Below, piece by piece: positions 23,687 through 35,900 of a stretch of 64,000 bases of DNA. Both the position numbers and the translations under genes were made by a program. Source of the DNA: Albugo candida (taxonomy: Eukaryota); contig JBDOQK010000011.1 in NCBI GenBank assembly GCA_040437565.1, positions 310,001-374,000 on the forward strand. Reading direction: 5' to 3'. The notes beneath the pieces are model-generated. The model did not search any database. It was not told the origin of the DNA and saw nothing but the letters and a program-made list of their open reading frames with translations. Each line of letters starts with the position of its first letter. Position 1 is the first letter of the stretch.

Positions 23687-26032
23687 GATCGACCTCAAAC
23701 ACCAAGCTCGAATATATGCCCTTGAAACCAAATTATTTTGGTTGAACAAACTTTTTCTCGTACCTGGCATCTTCGACCCATTTCTTTCTTGATTAACTAA
23801 TCTCTGGGTCCTTGTCTATATTGCGCACTGATTTCTACTGTCCCGCATTTGATTCCATTATGTTCGGAGAACACGGAGGCATATGTTCATTATTCTAGAT
23901 TTTTGAGAACAGTGACTAAACCTGTGTACTTCCACATCGACCTAACACCTTTAAAATCAAGTCGCTCGTTCTCTTGGAGAAAGCTGTCTCAAGCACCACC
24001 TCTATTCCGGGTGTTCAGGAATGCGTTAAAAGAAGAGTAGCGTACCACAATTTGATTTTCAAAGGAGCCAAGAATTCGGCCGCTTCATATACTTTTAACT
24101 TTCTCACGTTCGGTCGCATTATTATCCTGAAGGAATATTTGAGATTCGTAAACTTTCGTGCAACGGATAGCTGCAGTGACCAGGCTTGCAAAGTGCACTT
24201 CGGTCTCCAAGGGTCTATCTGCATCATCTGCACCATCCATAGCAACAACAAACACGTTCATTATCAATCCTTTATTATCTTTTTGCACAGAGCTTCTTGC
24301 TTTGAGTTGGCAATATCACGGCCTGCTGCTCCTTCATCCTGTCCCTCGTGGCATTTTTCAACCCGCCGGCAACTTACCCACAGTGGTTGTGTGTATGTAT
24401 TCTAGCTTTCTAGCACGTATGCTCAGTAAGAATCTTGTGTCACAAAACGGATACAGCCCATGTTGTATTAGTGACGATCGGTAGGTGTCGCGGAAGAAGG
24501 GATCGACAAAATCTTGAACAACGATAGTAGTCGACTATGTCATCTGTCCCAACTCCAAAGACTAAGAGCTGGTCAATTTTCATTAGAGATCCGTCACCCT
24601 GTTGCAGCGATCTTCGTTCCTGGATTCGGCATATGTGAATGTTGTCACATTTTCGCTGCAGAACGCTTATCAAGTGATTGGGAGCCAGCCAAGATGATAA
24701 GCTACTCTTGTATAAATTATCATCGTTTTTCAAAATCTTCGTAAGAGCCTTTCTCGTTTTGTTGCAATGAGTAGCTCAGCTCTTTCTTGACGCATTCAGC
24801 CTGACGTATACCAGAAAGACCTTGTCACATCTCATGTTTAACCAACATCGGTTTGGACCTTGTGCCGATTATTTTTGACTTTCCAAGATTTTTTCAGCAT
24901 AGAGAAAAGCATCTCACAAATCAGCCGACTTCAAAATCCCAGTGATAGCTTTATTCCATGCGTACGTCTAGCTCGTTAGCTCGTACACAGCTGTGAATAC
25001 GCATAATGTAAAAGTTGCTTGCCATTAGCTATAAACTTCTCCATTCTGGTACCGCAAAACCCACTGTGAGTTTTTTCTATGAGATGTTTACACTATGCCG
25101 CATCGCCATCGGTCTCGGTCGTGTGTTGCTCGAAGAGTCTCTTGGAAACACTGATAATTAATTGGATTATTCGGTAAACGTAGCTGTTCGTTGTCAATAC
25201 ATTCTTGGGTGTGAATCTCGTTCGAGTAACACTGATACCTTGATACAAATATCGTGTTCACATTAACGGCTTGCCCTTTGAGCGGAAAGCGTTCAAAGCA
25301 CCACGAGTATACGTATTATTTTGAAACTAGTATGAAGTCGTCCAATACGAGATTGACATTAAGTAGCGTATCAACACAATTTGGACCGGATTCGGTTTTC
25401 ACATCGCAAAATCAATGAAAAAAAATCTCACACAATGGATGTATGGGATAGCAGATATTCAAGCTTTAATTCCATTGACCCAGCAGCACTCTCCCATTCA
25501 ACAATACAGGAAAAAAATAAATGTGCAGATGCTAATCTTTCAGTACTCGACATGGACTCCCACATCTCAGGTGTCTCCACCTTCTCCATTGTAAGTTTGT
25601 AATCTGCACAGCACATATCAATCTTTCATTTCCTGACGCGTGTCATGTTGAGATAGCAGCGGCTTTTTATCTTGTTGAGTACACTGCGCCAACATTAGGG
25701 CGCTGTGAGAGAATTTATATTGAAGGCTGAGTGCATAAGCATGAGATGAATCTTATTTTTGGCATCGTTCAGCATGTATCAATTTTAAAGGCACTGAAAG
25801 TCTACAGTTTGTTCTTGCCCAAAGCACTGAACAGCGTATATGTGTCGAGTAAAGTACAACGGAGAGAGACTTGGAAGGAGTGGATCAGCTACATCATACG
25901 TAGTAGATATCGCTGTATTGCCAAAGTCAAACAACCAAGCATTTTTCAAAGAGCGTCGCATAATTGCAACAGTGCACATGGTTGGTTTGACACTTATGGT
26001 ATGAGACAGTCAGGCACTTGTATTCCGCTCCC

Positions 26033-27675
26033 TTACGCATTCGACTGTTTGTTCGGAATGCTCGCTTTCATCTGCTGCTGCAACCACAAGAAGGAGGACG
26101 CACTTGAGATTCCCACGCAGCAATTTACACGATCAAGGTCATGACCACCTTCTACGAGACCCCAGCTACCGATCTAGAAACAATACGAAGTAAAAAGTTT
26201 GGAAATAGAAGAAATATGACCGTAATTGACTTGTATACCTGAAATTCTTCTTCAACTCGGGATATATCCATTGCCTACAAAGAGATCAGGTCATGAACGA
26301 ATTGGTTTATGAGTCTATAGTCCGATTCAGAAACGTACGTCTTTCGCGGTGATATGACGATCAAATAATGCTGATGCAGTGATGAAAGACTGTGCGAGAA
26401 TAAAAGCATTGGAACGTTACCCTTAGAAGAAGATAGAGATAAGCAAGATAGAGAGTAAGCAAACCTTGCAATTTCTAGTCATCGCACGTAAGGGAACGAG
26501 TTCGAAATCATTCAGCTATGCAGATAGTATTGTTGCTATGATTGACCGAATATGACATGCTTTACCTTTTGTAAATATAACCGCACATTATGAACAAGTG
26601 TTTCGTCATGCACAAGTGCATTCATGGTCCCATGGCTGACATCAAGTTCACCATCAAACTTTTTCTCAAACCATCTTCTTATCGGCTCCCATTTTTCCAG
26701 CTGCAACGAGTAAAGCTTTTCCTGCGGGGTCGGCGACACTTGATAGCAGATAGTATCACTTTGTAAGTAGTTCATCATATCTTCTATCAAATCATGTCTG
26801 CTTGACGTCAAATGTAGGTCAATAATGGTTGATGCAAGCGTCATAATCGGCATGGTCGCCGGACGAATTGTANNNNNNNNNNNNNNNNNNNNNNNNNNNN
26901 NNNNNNNNNNNNNNNNNNNNNNNNNNNNNNNNNNNNNNNNNNNNNNNNNNNNNNNNNNNNNNNNNNNNNNNNTTCTCAAACCATCTTCTTATCGGCTCCC
27001 ATTTTTCCAGCTGCAACGAGTAAAGCTTTTCCTGCGGGGTCGGCGACACTTGATAGCAGATAGTATCACTTTGTAAGTAGTTCATCATATCTTCTATCAA
27101 ATCATGTCTGCTTGACGTCAAATGTAGGTCAATAATGGTTGATGCAAGCGTCATAATCGGCATGGTCGCCGGACGAATTGTAGTTTTCTGCGCATCCCAC
27201 TCATGCGCAACAGCATACGCTAATGCTCTGTACGGAACTTCAAATTTAGATTTCAATGAAGTCTTGATGTTCCTCCCATCCAAAGCAACGCTATACGCAG
27301 GTCTCTCTGAAAGTATCTCCACAACGCTAACTCGATCATAAAACCGCAGAGCTCCATCAATGTTTGGACCTTGAGGAGTGTTTATGAATCAATCTTCAGT
27401 ATATCTAGAATATCTTTATAGATCTTACTAGCGATTTTAGCTCTTCCAAATCTGCCCGTACCAAAGTAGCGCGCCAGATTCCAGNNNNNNNNNNNNNNNN
27501 NNNNNNNNNNNNNNNNNNNNNNNNNNNNNNNNNNNNNNNNNNNNNNNNNNNNNNNNNNNNNNNNNNNNNNNNNNNNNNNNNNNNCTTTATAGATCTTACT
27601 AGCGATTTTAGCTCTTCCAAATCTGCCCGTACCAAAGAAGCGCGCCAGATTCCAGTCATGCCTATAACACCTCAT
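26033..27675 (-). CDS. ATP12: Mitochondrial F1-ATPase assembly factor ATP12/ATPAF2, multi-exon; spans two overlap-type N-gaps
   Basis: MRCYRHDWNLARFFG|PNIDGALRFYDRV...VALDGRNIKT...LAYAVAHEWDAQ...RPATMPIMTLASTIID...YLQSDTICY...AMDISRVEEEFQ|IGSWGLVEGGHDLD; stop TAA at 26033-26035. Confidence 0.9.
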
Positions 27676-27742
27676 GAATGTAAGCCAATCAAATTTACTT
27701 AAACAAATCAAGCTGTGCTTGTCGGCTTCATTCTGTCAAGGC

Positions 27743-28326
27743 ATGGCCTCCAATTCCAAGCACGTAGTCGACACTGAAGATGCCGCTGAATTAAATTTAG
27801 GAGAAGACTTTCGTGATGAAACCTGCCTGTCCAACGCTGAAGTTGCAGTCATCCTGGAAAAACAGAAGCAAGATTATGAGAATCAGGAGAAGCAACTGAC
27901 GAAGTAAGCAAATAATCGTTGTCGAAATCAATGCAACACAATTGTTCGAATCTTTCGTAGTGTTTTCCAGAAAACATACTCATATGTGCAGCGATTCAGT
28001 GGCACGAAGGATCCAGTGTCGAATCAAGCATCTGTGACAGAGTTACGAGAGTAAGTGCATCAGTTGATCAACACAGTCTAGACGGATCAGATTTCTTGTA
28101 TAATTGTAGAGCACTCATGTCCCTTGTTTTCAACCGAGAAGTCGACGATAGAGTTGTGGAAATTCGACTGGAGGAATTCGAAATTGCTTGCTTATCGAAT
28201 CTGAATCCAGAAGAAGTGGAAGAAGCGGTCGCTTTGATCCCTAGTCTTAGTAAGCGGTACGCAGAGGAAGAGATAGAAGAAATACTGGGGATAGTTTCTA
28301 GAACAGCAGCTAGAATGTATGGATGA
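27743..28326 (+). CDS. RPB4: RNA polymerase II subunit RPB4; 3 exons
   Basis: EDAAELNLGEDF...CLSNAEVAVIL...VFQKTYSYVQRFS...LEEFEIACLSNLNPEEVEEAVALIPSL; introns ~27904-27960 and ~28051-28109. Confidence 0.92.
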
Positions 28327-28399
28327 ATATTAAAGGCCGCTCCAAAAACTTTGCCAGTGATTGTTTGGTGCTTATATTGCATCACTTTAGGAACCTACT

Positions 28400-29524
28400 C
28401 TTACCTTTTCTTGCATTCATCATCTTCTACTGGAGTTTCATTGTTCTCTTTTTCAACGATGCTTGTCAGTAGCTCACATTTTCGCCGCGAATCATCTATC
28501 GACTAATCAGTAGATACCGATAATGTGATGTTGATCAAAACAGCATAAAGGTTGTTTGTGCGCTCGCCTGGTCTTGCTTACGCCTTTCTTACGCGCTTGT
28601 CTGCTAAACTAACTTGCTCATCCTCTTTAAACTGTTTCTCACGAGTTTCGCACGTTTAATTCGACGCCGTCAATATTTCTTCCTAGTTGAAGAATGGTTC
28701 ATCAAGGCAGTGCTTCTTAAAAGTTCATGAGCAGAATATATGTGCGTTATTCCATGAGTTCGATTGCTTGTCCAAGGATACTTCCGCACGATCGTTTAGT
28801 GTGGCCTGCTCTATTATTCAGTCAGCTTTGGCTAGCTGCGATTCCTTAGACGCTCTACGAGTCGGTTATCTTATACCTAAATTGATATTCCGAGTGATTA
28901 CTTTCATGGTCTTCAACTTCCGAGTAGTAAGAGGACCCCATCTGCATTTTATTGCCCTTGAACTCAATCGATGTCATTGTTACTTCTTGCAAGCGACGCA
29001 TGCTATCTCGGATCCAGGCCTGCCTCAGTCGATAGGGTTTGCACATCTTGTGCTGTCAGTATGAATCTCAAGCAAATGATTTGGAAGGAAAACACAAACT
29101 ATATCTCTAACAGACGTATCTCTCTCGTGTGAAGAAATCTGTCACTTCTGAACGAACCCTTTTGTTTCACTTTGTTGCAACAAANNNNNNNNNNNNNNNN
29201 NNNNNNNNNNNNNNNNNNNNNNNNNNNNNNNNNNNNNNNNNNNNNNNNNNNNNNNNNNNNNNNNNNNNNNNNNNNNNNNNNNNNTGCTCTATTATTCAGT
29301 CAGCTTTGGCTAGCTGCGATTCCTTAGACGCTCTACGAGTCGGTTATCTTATACCTAAATTGATATTCCGAGTGATTACTTTCATGGTCTTCAACTTCCG
29401 AGTAGTAAGAGGACCCCATCTGCATTTTATTGCCCTTGAACTCAATCGATGTCATTGTTACTTCTTGCAAGCGACGCATGCTATCTCGGATCCAGGCCTG
29501 CCTCAGTCGATAGGGTTTGCACAT
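28400..29524 (-). CDS. Possible small multi-exon hypothetical gene; structure unresolved, spans an overlap gap
   Basis: Short charged ORF pieces bounded by GT/AG-like sites (MCKPYRLRQAW..., DDSRRKCELLTSIVEKENNETPVEDDECKK); no recognisable domain. Confidence 0.25.
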
Positions 29525-30340
29525 CTTGTGCTGTCAGTATGAATCTCAAGCAAATGATTTGGAAGGAAAACACAAACTATATCTCTAACAGACGTATCTC
29601 TCTCGTGTGAAGAAATCTGTCACTTCTGAACGAACCCTTTTGTTTCACTTTGTTGCAACAAAATACAATATGTATTTGTAGAGGTGTACTGGAGGCACTG
29701 CGCCCATATGGTTTCTTGTCAATGAGAGAACTGCATCACGGCATCAGATAAATGGGAAATTTTCGAAACGTGAGCTGCATTTTTAAAACAGCAACATAAC
29801 CCTTTAGCTCACAAATAGAGATCAAACAGGAAGCAGCCGACGCTTATCGTATCCGTCCGTTTACAGCTCTGCCGTCCCAAAAGTTGCCTGTATATAAGAT
29901 TCAAAAGTCAACCGGATCTGTCTCATGCCAAACGATGACTGTACTTTCATTCACATACTTTGTATAATATTATGCATGCAAGGATTCTATACCTGTGATT
30001 CAACGAGATCTACGTCTCTGATTGATCGAATTCTAACAAACAGCGTCTCCATAACACCAACTGATTGAAGAGGGATAGGACTTCAAGCGGACCTTATCGG
30101 AGTTTTTGTATGAAATTTGCCCTTGCTCAGCGCATGTACACGCACGGTGGTAACACAAAAATAGTTTACAGCGAGATTCTTCCTCAAGTGGAACGAGTGT
30201 ACCTGCGGGGAAATACCAGAAACCCGAATCAAGTTATCGTTCCGAAGGTTCCAAGAATTGGACGAAAAGTCACAAACGTACTTTGACTGGTTTGTACTGG
30301 TAACAGCAGCATCAGCTTTCAAAGCCAATCATATTAGACT

Positions 30341-32995
30341 ATGAAAACGGATTCGAAAGCGCTGAATTGTGACACACCCTGTGCAAAATCTCTGATTGTT
30401 AGATCGAGACAAACCCCGTTCTCTACCTCATTGCGAAACAGTTCGGCTGACAGACTACCGAAAGACGCGACAGCAGCCATTTCTTCACCTAGTAGTAGCA
30501 ACACAAATAATTGTGGTCGACTAACGCAATCTTGGTCTCAAAATCTGACCAAGAGTGTCACTACAGGTGCACTGGAAACAAGGATGCGACCAGGTAGCTC
30601 TGATGAGCTGATGGCCAATTTGTCCTCATCGATTCCTGGTGATAGCGTTTCGAATGCAAGGCTCTTTTACAGGCAATGGCGCACACGGCCACAAAGGGAA
30701 ATTGGTGCTCACAATGACTCGGACACAAAATCTGACGATAAGACCAAAATTGGTCCAACTTTTACTTTTTTTGATTTGTTCGGATTATGCGATACGAAAG
30801 TATCATTAGCGCTGGCAAGCAACACTTTGGAAGAATCCGATGTACACTTACCCCAAATCATGGAAAAATCAGAGCTTACCATGCAAAAGCATGGAAACAG
30901 TGCTATGTACAATCAGCTGGAGTCGCGGGTAGATTTTTGGACGGAACCATCAAAAAGTCAGAAAGATGTCTGTATTGATAACAGGGTGGTTTTGCCAATC
31001 AATCGCTGCATTCATCCTGTCGGCTCTTATGAACAGCAACATGCATGTTCTGATAGTACAACTCTCAACATGACAAGATCAAGTAGCTATCAAGCTTTGA
31101 GTGATTTTGAGAAACAAAATTATTTTCCTACACCACCAAAGGTTCGAAACGTTTTATCAATCTAGTGTTTGTGTTTTCATTGTAATCATTTTCACTGATA
31201 AAAGCCTTCAGCTCGTGGGGTGCAAAGAGGATTGAAAGACTCGGTCGTGAACGATATGTGCCGCGCAGTCGTCAAACATATGGTCGGTGATATATACGTC
31301 GTAAGCTCGGGGCCATTTGGTTTAAAGAAAGTATTAAATCATCTGTACGAACCAGTTCTCAACTCTGTACAGGTCAGTGACAGCTGTGCCACATGTTTGC
31401 TAGTAAGTCCTGAACAGGAATGAATCATACCACGGCAGAACCATTTTCGCCTTCTTCCGGCTCGGTATGCCTTGTCAGTCAATCCTGACGATGTGCCTTT
31501 GCACATGCGTTTATTAGCGAAGCACAAACGCAACCCCTCAGAAGTTGGCGTCAGTGTTCAGCAACGAAAAGATGACGACGGAAAGTATGGTATCATCATT
31601 TATTATTGTCAATTGTATACGTTTAAATCGATCTTTGTTCGATCTACATAGAATCATAAACAATGGTTGTGAAGTTGTTGTGGTCTCAGTCGACCAAGAC
31701 AATCTGCTAGATGCTATTACAAGGTAAGCGATGCACTAATCACTTTGATGAGCAGTGACCTTTGACATTATGTAACACTCTGTCATAGAGCATTGACAAG
31801 TCTGAAAGGAAGTATCTTAGATGCCGATGTGATGACAACATGCGACGGTGTGACCTTGGATAGATTTGTCGTTCGTGGGAAATTTCTATCTGATGAGCGG
31901 CAAAAGGAGCTCAAAACCCGTATTGAGGATAATCTGCTCCGACTAAGTCTGGAAAATGATCCTGACTATACATCGTCGCGCTCACATGAAGACAATAAAC
32001 AGGAAAGTATTGCCAAAATAATACAACAGAAGGAATTCAAGTCGGACTGGCAATTGAATATATCCGAGATCAAACTTGGAAAATCTATAGGATCGGGGCG
32101 ATCGGGTCATACTTTTGAATCTTATTGGCGGGGAACAAGAGTAGCTGTGAAGGTGGTAGACTGCTCGATCCATACGGATCAAATGGCGCAGGAAATTTTG
32201 AATGAGTTTCAACGAGAGATCACAATTGTGAGCAAACTTCGTCATCCCAACGTTATCTTGTTTCTCGGGGCTACGATATGCCCACCTCGCTATTGTCTAG
32301 GTAAGCTCAAGCTTTCGAAAATCACCTCTCATAGTGCTTTCATTCCCCAGTCTTCGAGTATATGGCTAATGGGACCCTGAGTGACTTGATTCATTCTCGT
32401 AGAGGTCTCTTGGACTTCTTCCAAATTGTCAAAGATGTAGCGATGGGCATGAATTATCTTCACCTCTGCTCCGTGATTCATCGTGACCTCAAGTCGGGCA
32501 ACATATTGATAGATTCTCACGGTCTCGTCAAGATCTCCGATTTTGGGCTTAGCTGTCTTCTTGACAATGGTAGCACTTCTGACTTGACGGCAGAGACAGG
32601 AACGTATCGTTGGATGGCTCCAGAAGTGATTCGGCATGAACCTTACTCTTCAAAGGCTGACGTCTATAGCTTTGGAATAGTGCTGTGGGAGATGATTGCC
32701 AAAGATCAACCATTTCGTGGAATGACGCCAATACAAGGTTTGCTGTCGGTACGGTTTAAACTCATGTAATCTAACTCAAGGTTCTTGCGTAGCGGCATTT
32801 GCAGTCGCAAGGCAACGCGCGAGACCTGCACTGCCAAAGCATACGCCTGCTAAATTGGCGGAGTTTGTGGAATATTGCTGGCATCAAGATCCGCAGCGAC
32901 GTCCAACATTCTCAGATATTCTAGAAGCCATTCCTATAATCAAGTCCACGCTGAAGAAACGAGACTTCCGACACTTGAGTTTCGTAGGAAGTTGA
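30341..32995 (+). CDS. ACT-domain Raf-like (TKL) protein kinase resembling plant STY8/17/46-ACTPK; multi-exon
   Basis: HFRLLPARYALSVNPDDVPLHMRLL, ACT-like VVSVDQDNLLDAIT..LTSLKGSILDADVMTTCDGVTLDRFVV, then kinase IGSGRSG, VAVK, HRDLKSGN, DFG, AETGTYRWMAPEVIRHEPYSSKADVYSFGI, CWHQDPQRRPTF; stop TGA at 32993-32995. Confidence 0.85.
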
Positions 32996-35900
32996 ATCAA
33001 GCAGACTTGTGCAAACGCGCTGGCAAACAAAGAATTCACCAACTTAATTATTTTATGCGCAATAATGGCTTGGAGTAGTTCGTGCTACATTTGATGGATT
33101 TTGAGAGCGGTGTGAAAACGCTGTAATTATTCGGTGATAGAGTCGTGGTCGAGTGAATTTGAATGTTTTTGCAATAAAGATCAAGTGACTTGATTGGATG
33201 GTCAGTCAATTAATTATTAAGTGTTCATTATGCCATGAAGTGCAAGTTCGAATATTTAGTCATTGCCGCATTTCGGTATGAATATGATTTGCGAATTAGA
33301 CAAATTAACGCCGCAAATGTATCGACTGGAGTCATAATCAGGTGCCCCGAGTTGTGGTATATTTACGTTCTCATGTACTGATATCTGAGTAAGCAAGGCG
33401 CTATCACTTGACGCGTAATCTGCGTAGTTGTACTACCATGACCATACAATGCATTATTCCACCGGCTCAGTGTGTGTTTGAAGAATGTGCATACTTTATA
33501 GGAAGAACAGAACCAATAAATCGTCGTATGAATCGAAAATGCTGCCACGAAGCACATTTTGACTACGGCCATAATAAAGAGAAAAGTGGGTGGATTGTAG
33601 TTCTACGCACAATCTAGTGGAACTGTGCAAGGAGGACTTAAATTGACTTACTATAGAATTGATCTTTTTCTGACTCTGTCGTGGGTTTCGCCACCAATGA
33701 CACCTCGTAACTCATCCACTTTGATAAGTAAAAGATAATGGATTGCTGCTTATAGTCGGGAGAAACATCATATGGAGTGGCATCACCACTAAACTTCAAG
33801 TATCTGGCAGAAGTTCGTTTACACATGAAAGAAATTATGCATATCCTAGCCATATGGAAATGTTTCCACTCCATGAGCTTCCTTCCAAGCGCCCCAGGAT
33901 CCACTTGATATGTTGCACGCGGTCTAAGAATCCACGTTGGCTACTTCCAAACTTTAATATATTGAACCCGATCGATGAGTATTGCTTTTATGTGCATTCA
34001 AATAGTATTGTATGTGCCACCTCTCATCGAAAATATCGCATTGCTCTTCGGAACAGCAGAGTGAGGCTTCGCTTCCGCAATGATGCGATGAAAACCATGA
34101 CAGACACCTTATTATGCAAGCATGCACATAAGCTTTGTAACAGTATGACCATCCCGTGTGTCGCACAAAATAACGGCACTTGAGCAAACGTTTGTACTGC
34201 ACATAAAAGCCAGCATTGGGTACTACTAAATAGTTGAGTATTCTACTTTACAGTCAAAGCAAATCAGTTCATTTGCATTCATGCACACTGTGCTATCAGT
34301 GTTCAGACAAGGCTCAAAGAGTATTGACGCCATAAATGGCCATCGTGTTATGATTGCTGGAGTACATTTGATCCTTGACTGAACAATCTGTTCTCGATAT
34401 GATTTTAATAGACGTTTTTATAAAAGTTATTGTGCACAGTGTGTTTGTGGAACACAGCAAGTTACCTGGTGGAAATTGTCGATGTGCGAGTCAAGAACTA
34501 GGAAGTTGAAGGTTAAAAGTCGAAAATTGACTGGCACTTTTCGTAATCGTTCCAGCAGACTTTTATTCGATAAGAAGTCGCAATCATGATAGCAATGTGA
34601 TTGGAGGTATGAGTAGGGTACATCATTAAATACTATATCGACAAAACAAACATGGAGCAGCTGCTACACGAGCTAAGTAAGCGTTGGCTGGTGATGTGCG
34701 AGGAACTGAAGGATATCGTACATGAATAATGGATATCCCTAGTTCAAAGCCACCAATTCTAACGCGAGAGTACTTCCTTTATCGCATTACATTCACGTTT
34801 TTGTGATGCTGTAAATTTGCCGGTTCAGTTGGATGCCAGATGACAGTAAGACTCGAAATGTCTGCATAGCTGAGATTCTTGACATAAGGGATGCGAAACT
34901 CATACTTGAACGACCGTGGCTTCGATACGGTTAACCGATGGCACACTGTAGAAAGGGAGACGAGAGTGAATATCGTGCGGTAGCTGTGGGGTATCTATCG
35001 AGGTGGTGCTTCGCTTGCATAATGCGACAACTTGCAGCTAGTTGTACATTTATGCAAAAAGCCACGCAGCACATGTTACCAAAGTTTGCTACATTCAAGG
35101 CTGATGACATGGTGAGTAGTGGCAGACTTTTGAAAGAAGACAGCCCGTTTCGCTACTTGAACTATTACTGTGGACGATTTAGTTGAGGACGTTTCCAACT
35201 ATTCCAAGACTGTGAACGTCTTACCAGGCTTGTCGGTGTAGGTGACATCTTTGTTACTTGAAGAAGTCCATCCACCTCGATGCCGAGGTTCTTCCGCCAA
35301 AGTAAATGATGACACCATATGGTAGGGGCCCCGACGATTGAGGAGCTAAGTGTCGAAGTTCAACGGGCAAATACACAAGTACAGGACGAGACCCACCCTT
35401 GCGAAGGGATATACGTCAGTATAAACTTGGCAGGCCCTGGCTGTAAGCTATGGTATAGTGAATGTTCATACGTGTCGTTTGACAAGTTTACTTCACGGGT
35501 ATAACGAAAACCGGAAATATTGCAAGGACGAATGCGGCTCCATTCCACTATTGACACGATGGAAGATCGCCGCGTGAAGTCTGCTTTTCGAAAATCCCAT
35601 ACATTGATGATTCTTTTAGTAGCACAGTATATACGCGCATTTCTATCGCTGTGTATGCGCTGAGATATGGGGCATGTATTAATGCCTTCTTTGTCGGGAA
35701 CAGATTTCAGCCAAAATATATAATAGCAGCTTCTAGAGGTATTCATTGTGTAAGGCTACACACATTGGGGCTTATGATAGTAATTACTGATGATTGTGTT
35801 AATGTGCTATATAAGTGCAATGATCAGCTACTTTTTACGATGGAGATGTTTTTTACATGTATTCAAGCTAGCTCACTTGTGTCCTTAATAAGCACGGAGG

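Larger units (their letters stand above)
20033..26287. repeat. Tandem segmental duplication, unit 2 (GOS1 3' part - gap - FYVE pseudogene - HAD2 - decayed spacer - ATP12 3' exons)
   Basis: See unit 1; continues directly into the intact ATP12 gene. Confidence 0.85.

Noticed and set aside
14537-26287. Helitron/Pack-MULE gene capture of GOS1, FYVE and ATP12 fragments
   Set aside because: No TIRs, TSDs, transposase or Rep/helicase seen; a colinear tandem duplication explains the fragments, and GOS1 is cut by assembly gaps rather than demonstrably truncated.
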